From Vermamoeba vermiformis (taxonomy: Eukaryota), in assembly GCA_045837725.1 (NCBI GenBank), contig JBEWZL010000066.1, positions 124,001 through 188,000 on the forward strand: a stretch of DNA of 64,000 nt, given 5' to 3'. A program made the translations under genes and the position numbers. Position 1 is the first letter of the stretch. Each line of letters starts with the position of its first letter. A model generated the notes under the pieces. The model was not told the DNA's origin and did no database searches. It saw only the letters and a program-made list of their open reading frames with translations. Below, piece by piece: positions 60,333 to 64,000 of this stretch.

Positions 60333-62534
60333 CTATTTATTCGAAGGCACAACATTTCGTAATGTACAATGAGAGCTCTCAAAACAGTCGCAGAAGAAAT
60401 CTCCGTACTGCAAGACACCGAGCTGATGCCCCTTGTGACAGACATTAGCGCACGTGATGCACACTCCTGTGTTGCCATTCAAAGTGCACGTGAAACATTG
60501 CACCCAAAACTGCGGTGAGTAGTGGCGCTGTGTGCGGTGATATGTACAATTGTGTTTGATAAGCATTTCTTTCACGCCTGCAGTGGTTGGCATTTGATAC
60601 CGTGTCGGATCCTGGAGCACGAACGGATGCGCGCCAAAGTTGGGTCTGAACTACTGCCTTGCCGCTTGATGAGAATAAGAATCCGATGATAGGGAAGAAA
60701 GGCTTCATTGGAATATTGCGGAATTGAAATCCTAGAAGTGCTTGAGAGTTAGGACTACGCATTGAAATGTCAATAATGTCACGTACCTAAGCTCATGCCG
60801 TTCACTGTGAAAAATAATTCTTTGCTGCGCATGTCCCAGCCACATCCGACGGTAGATCCCCGACCGAATGGAGTGGAGCACATTATTCCGCTCTGAAAGT
60901 CTTCGTAGTAGACACGACCATCATCGCTGTGAAAGCCGAACGAGCCGTTCTTCCAGCCAGGCAAGCCTTCCAGGGGCTTTTCTGCTGGAGCCAGGCCGAT
61001 TGAGACTACACCAGAGGCATCGAGCTCAACGATTTGCAGCTCAAAATAATAGACGTGCGGGTATGTGATGGGAATGGCAATGTTGCCCGCTAAGGTCGTG
61101 AACTCTTTGATAGGTTGTTGGCGCATATTGAATCCGAATGTAATCGGCTTTTTGGCAGTGATCGTGTCATTCACCATTGAGATTTCCAGCTTTGAATTTT
61201 GTGGTGTCTTGAAGTAGGTGGGCAGCATGACGGGCTGTTTGTCCATCGGATGATACGGCACTGATGGCTTCAAAATCAAACTGTTCAAAGACACGTGTCA
61301 ACAACGACCTTTTGTCTCGTGTCACAGTCACCGCGATACTTACAATTGTTCCAAGCATTGTTTGGTGAGAATAAGTTCTTTTTCTAGTGCGTGGATCTCA
61401 CTGTCTTTTGAACTCGTCTCGAGTGCACGCTTCGTTGTCAATTCATCGATCAACTTGACGTGCTCGTCTGTGTCTTCAATCAAGTGTTTGTTATATTCAG
61501 CCCGTGAGCCTGTAAATGTACATCCATATTTGCTGTACGGACATGTGAGCTGCATGGCGTGACACTCGTCTTTTAAGTGCTTGGCAAGGTACTCGCGTTC
61601 AACGTCGTTGCCACAATTGTTTGGACAATGAACTGTAGTCTTTTTGCACGAGTCTTTTACATGCGCCTGGTACGTGCATTAGCCACAAATAATGTTAAAC
61701 TGTTGCAATCCTAAGGTACCTCTAATTCATTCAACTTGACCATCTCACCGCACTTTTCACATGCCTGTAATCGCATTGGGCACTCGTCTTTTTGATGCGC
61801 AGTCATGTCTTTACGCAACAGAGACACTCCACATCCAAGTCTATGCGGTATGATATTAATATTCATCAGGCAAGGTTGTGTGTTACGCCAGAATGACGTG
61901 GATGCATTAAAAAATTAACGTACGTGCAGGTAACTTCTACGTAGCCACAAGACTTCTCAAGATGTTCTTTTAATACTCCTCGCGTTAATCTTCGCGCATC
62001 ACAACCTTTGGCTGCATTGGGACATTCTATTGGTAAAATGTCGACTAATCTGCGTGCACAGCAATTAGATTCTGTATTTTATAATTTGAAGGCCAAATAT
62101 CTATTTTAAAATAATTATAATAATTTATAACGAGTGTATGGGTCGTTTCGGGCGTGACGTAAGCGAAATCTGGAAATTTACGGCCTTTTTTTTTTAATTT
62201 GAAACTAAATCGATAATTGAAATTACCTTTGAATGGGCACACTAGCTGATAAGTCATCTACTGATATCTCTTTTCGACACGATGGACAGGTCTTTGTTTT
62301 ATTTATCCATTCTTCTGCACAAGCTATAGAATAGAAAATTGCGTTACTATTACATCGCTATTTTCTATTAGGATATGGCTCGGTCAAAATCAATTTTCGT
62401 CTGAATGAGGGGCAAATCTGATCACATCGGGAATAGCTACCTTTACAAAAGCAGTGGTGACAGCAACTCGTTTCGTGAGCGTTAGTAAACTTCTCAGAAC
62501 ATATAGGACAGTCGAGTAGATCGTCTGTCGACAT
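60333..62534 (-). CDS. E3 ligase-like protein: RING + TRAF-type zinc fingers + coiled coil + SPRY + UBR-box-like zinc finger
   Basis: CPICSEKF...CCHHCFCKACAEEW...CPSCR (RING); CPNAAKGC...HLEKSC, GCG...HQKDEC, CPNNCG...HLKDEC, CPYSKYGC...H (TRAF zf); YYFELQI...SIGL...PGWKNGSFGFHSDDG...TVGCG (SPRY); CTY...QCFTC...VCITCANVCHKGH...FFCDC (UBR box as in FBXO11). Confidence 0.88.
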
Positions 62535-62693
62535 CTGTGTTCTTTTTGTTTGTGATTGTCGAAATTTAACTATCCCTAACCTTCAAGTTCGTTTATGGAC
62601 AGCAAATCTTACTCACAGAAATTAAGGGCCAAATTTTTGCATCTAGGAGGATTTATAATAGCGATACACTCACGCCCTTATAAGCATATTGGC

Positions 62694-64000
62694 TTATTTC
62701 ATCAAAAACTGATCCACTTCGTTTTGAGGCACGCGATTAATGACCACACGTCCATCATATGAAAGCGAGGCAAAAGACCAAGGGTGCTCTGTTTAATAGG
62801 AGGTACTTAGTACTGTACATACTATTAATACGACGCTGCATAGTATTACCTGAATTGCTCCAGCACACGGTGTACACGCTGTCCTCGTGGTCATCGTAGG
62901 TACGAATCATTTCGTCACGCTTGTATCTGCAAAAGAGCTATTAGTACAGTTCAATTATACATCATAATAGACTTACTTCATCTTAGAGTCGCCGTCCAAC
63001 GAAGGGTTCTGGAAGGCAATCGAAGCAGCGCTGTACAAGTTGACGAGACTGTCGGTCGAGGCACTCAACACGAGCGAGTCCTTCAACTTGTTGTAACGCA
63101 CGCACGTGACCCTGATGTTGTGTCAGTCGATCACTATCAATAAATATAACTGATATACGCACCAGTGCGAGTGATTAATGAACTGCAAGACGGGCTGTTT
63201 GGTGTTACGCCAGTCCCAGAACTTGACTTTCGAATCATCGCCACCGCTCACGAGGTAATAAGGATTGTTCGAATTAATGTCCACTGAGCGCACGAACTGA
63301 CCGTGTGCTCCTGCAATAGTGAATGCAGCTCTGCAGAGATAATTGAAGTTAGAAAAGTGGACGCTAAGTATGAGTTGCACGTGATGCGTACTTGTTGGAC
63401 TTGGAGTCCCACGAGATAATATCGAGACCACAGCACGTGACCACTTGTTCGGTGAAATATGTGTTCCACACACCCGCTGTCACTCGTTGTACATCACCGA
63501 CTTTGACGTGTGTTTTTTCCTAACGGAGCATAAGTTAGCTACTTCGAGTGGTATTGAGTTCTATGCACGTACTTGTTTAGGATTCTCAAGGTCCCAAAAT
63601 CGAATGTGTGTTTCATCGAGGGACACTACTGATGTTTTGTCATCACCTGGGTGCCACAAGATACTACAATAGTGGGTCAGATGACGTCTGGTATGGATCC
63701 TATCAAATTCAATTGTACCTTTTAATGCTGCCCTCATGTCTGCCTAATTGAGCTTTTTCTTCTAATTTTACATCTTGTTCATTGACTTTCAATAATGTGG
63801 CCTTATATTCGCTCACTACAATATTATTAGACTCCAATCAAAATATTGTCGTTGTTGCACGTACCTGCATTTGACACGGAGAATAATAGAGATGAATCAT
63901 AAGGACACGATGATAATTCCCACATTTCATTGGGGTGTTCATATATTGCTAGACGTTTAATCTCGCTGTTTTCTTCTTCAATATGGTGGATCTGTATGAT
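62694..64000 (-). CDS. EIPR1: EARP/GARP-interacting WD40 protein EIPR1 (TSSC1), 5' end beyond window
   Basis: YEHPNEMWEL, AHGQFVRSVDINSNNPYYLVSGGDD, HSHWVTCVRYN, YDDHEDSVYTVCWS, PWSFASLSYDGRVVINRVP. Confidence 0.9.

Noticed and set aside
1-64000. tRNA, rRNA, CRISPR or other structured RNA genes
   Set aside because: No cloverleaf, rRNA-like or regularly spaced repeat pattern noticed; small ncRNAs in the longer introns cannot be excluded without covariance-model searches.

Overview
Gene-dense eukaryotic nuclear DNA with the standard genetic code, many short AT-rich GT-AG introns and short intergenic gaps. The gene content (Ras, DH-PH RhoGEF, Zn2Cys6 factor, RING-TRAF zinc-finger ligase, many F-box genes) best fits a free-living protist, probably an amoebozoan; this is inference and the species is not identified. 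I assembled about 23 intron-containing or intronless gene models by hand, plus relics. I saw no rRNA, tRNA, CRISPR array or recognisable transposon. Three things stand out. (1) An F-box is fused to a full-length eEF1A/eRF3/HBS1-like three-domain fold with dead-looking G1/G3 motifs (219-2409). (2) A 28-kb head-to-tail array holds seven strongly diverged NLS + F-box + HEAT-like genes, with two further relics, frameshifted copies and an in-frame internally deleted copy (29.5-60.3 kb). It abuts a RING-TRAF-SPRY-UBR ligase, and an intronless LRR gene with a C-terminal F-box-like motif lies in the same window. Together these suggest a fast-evolving SCF-adaptor or decoy repertoire, possibly for defence (hypothesis). 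(3) A bacterial-type persulfide dioxygenase and a YeeE/YedE sulfur transporter sit head-to-head across 268 bp, echoing bacterial blh/pdo-yeeE operons. Internal exon boundaries were read by eye and are approximate.
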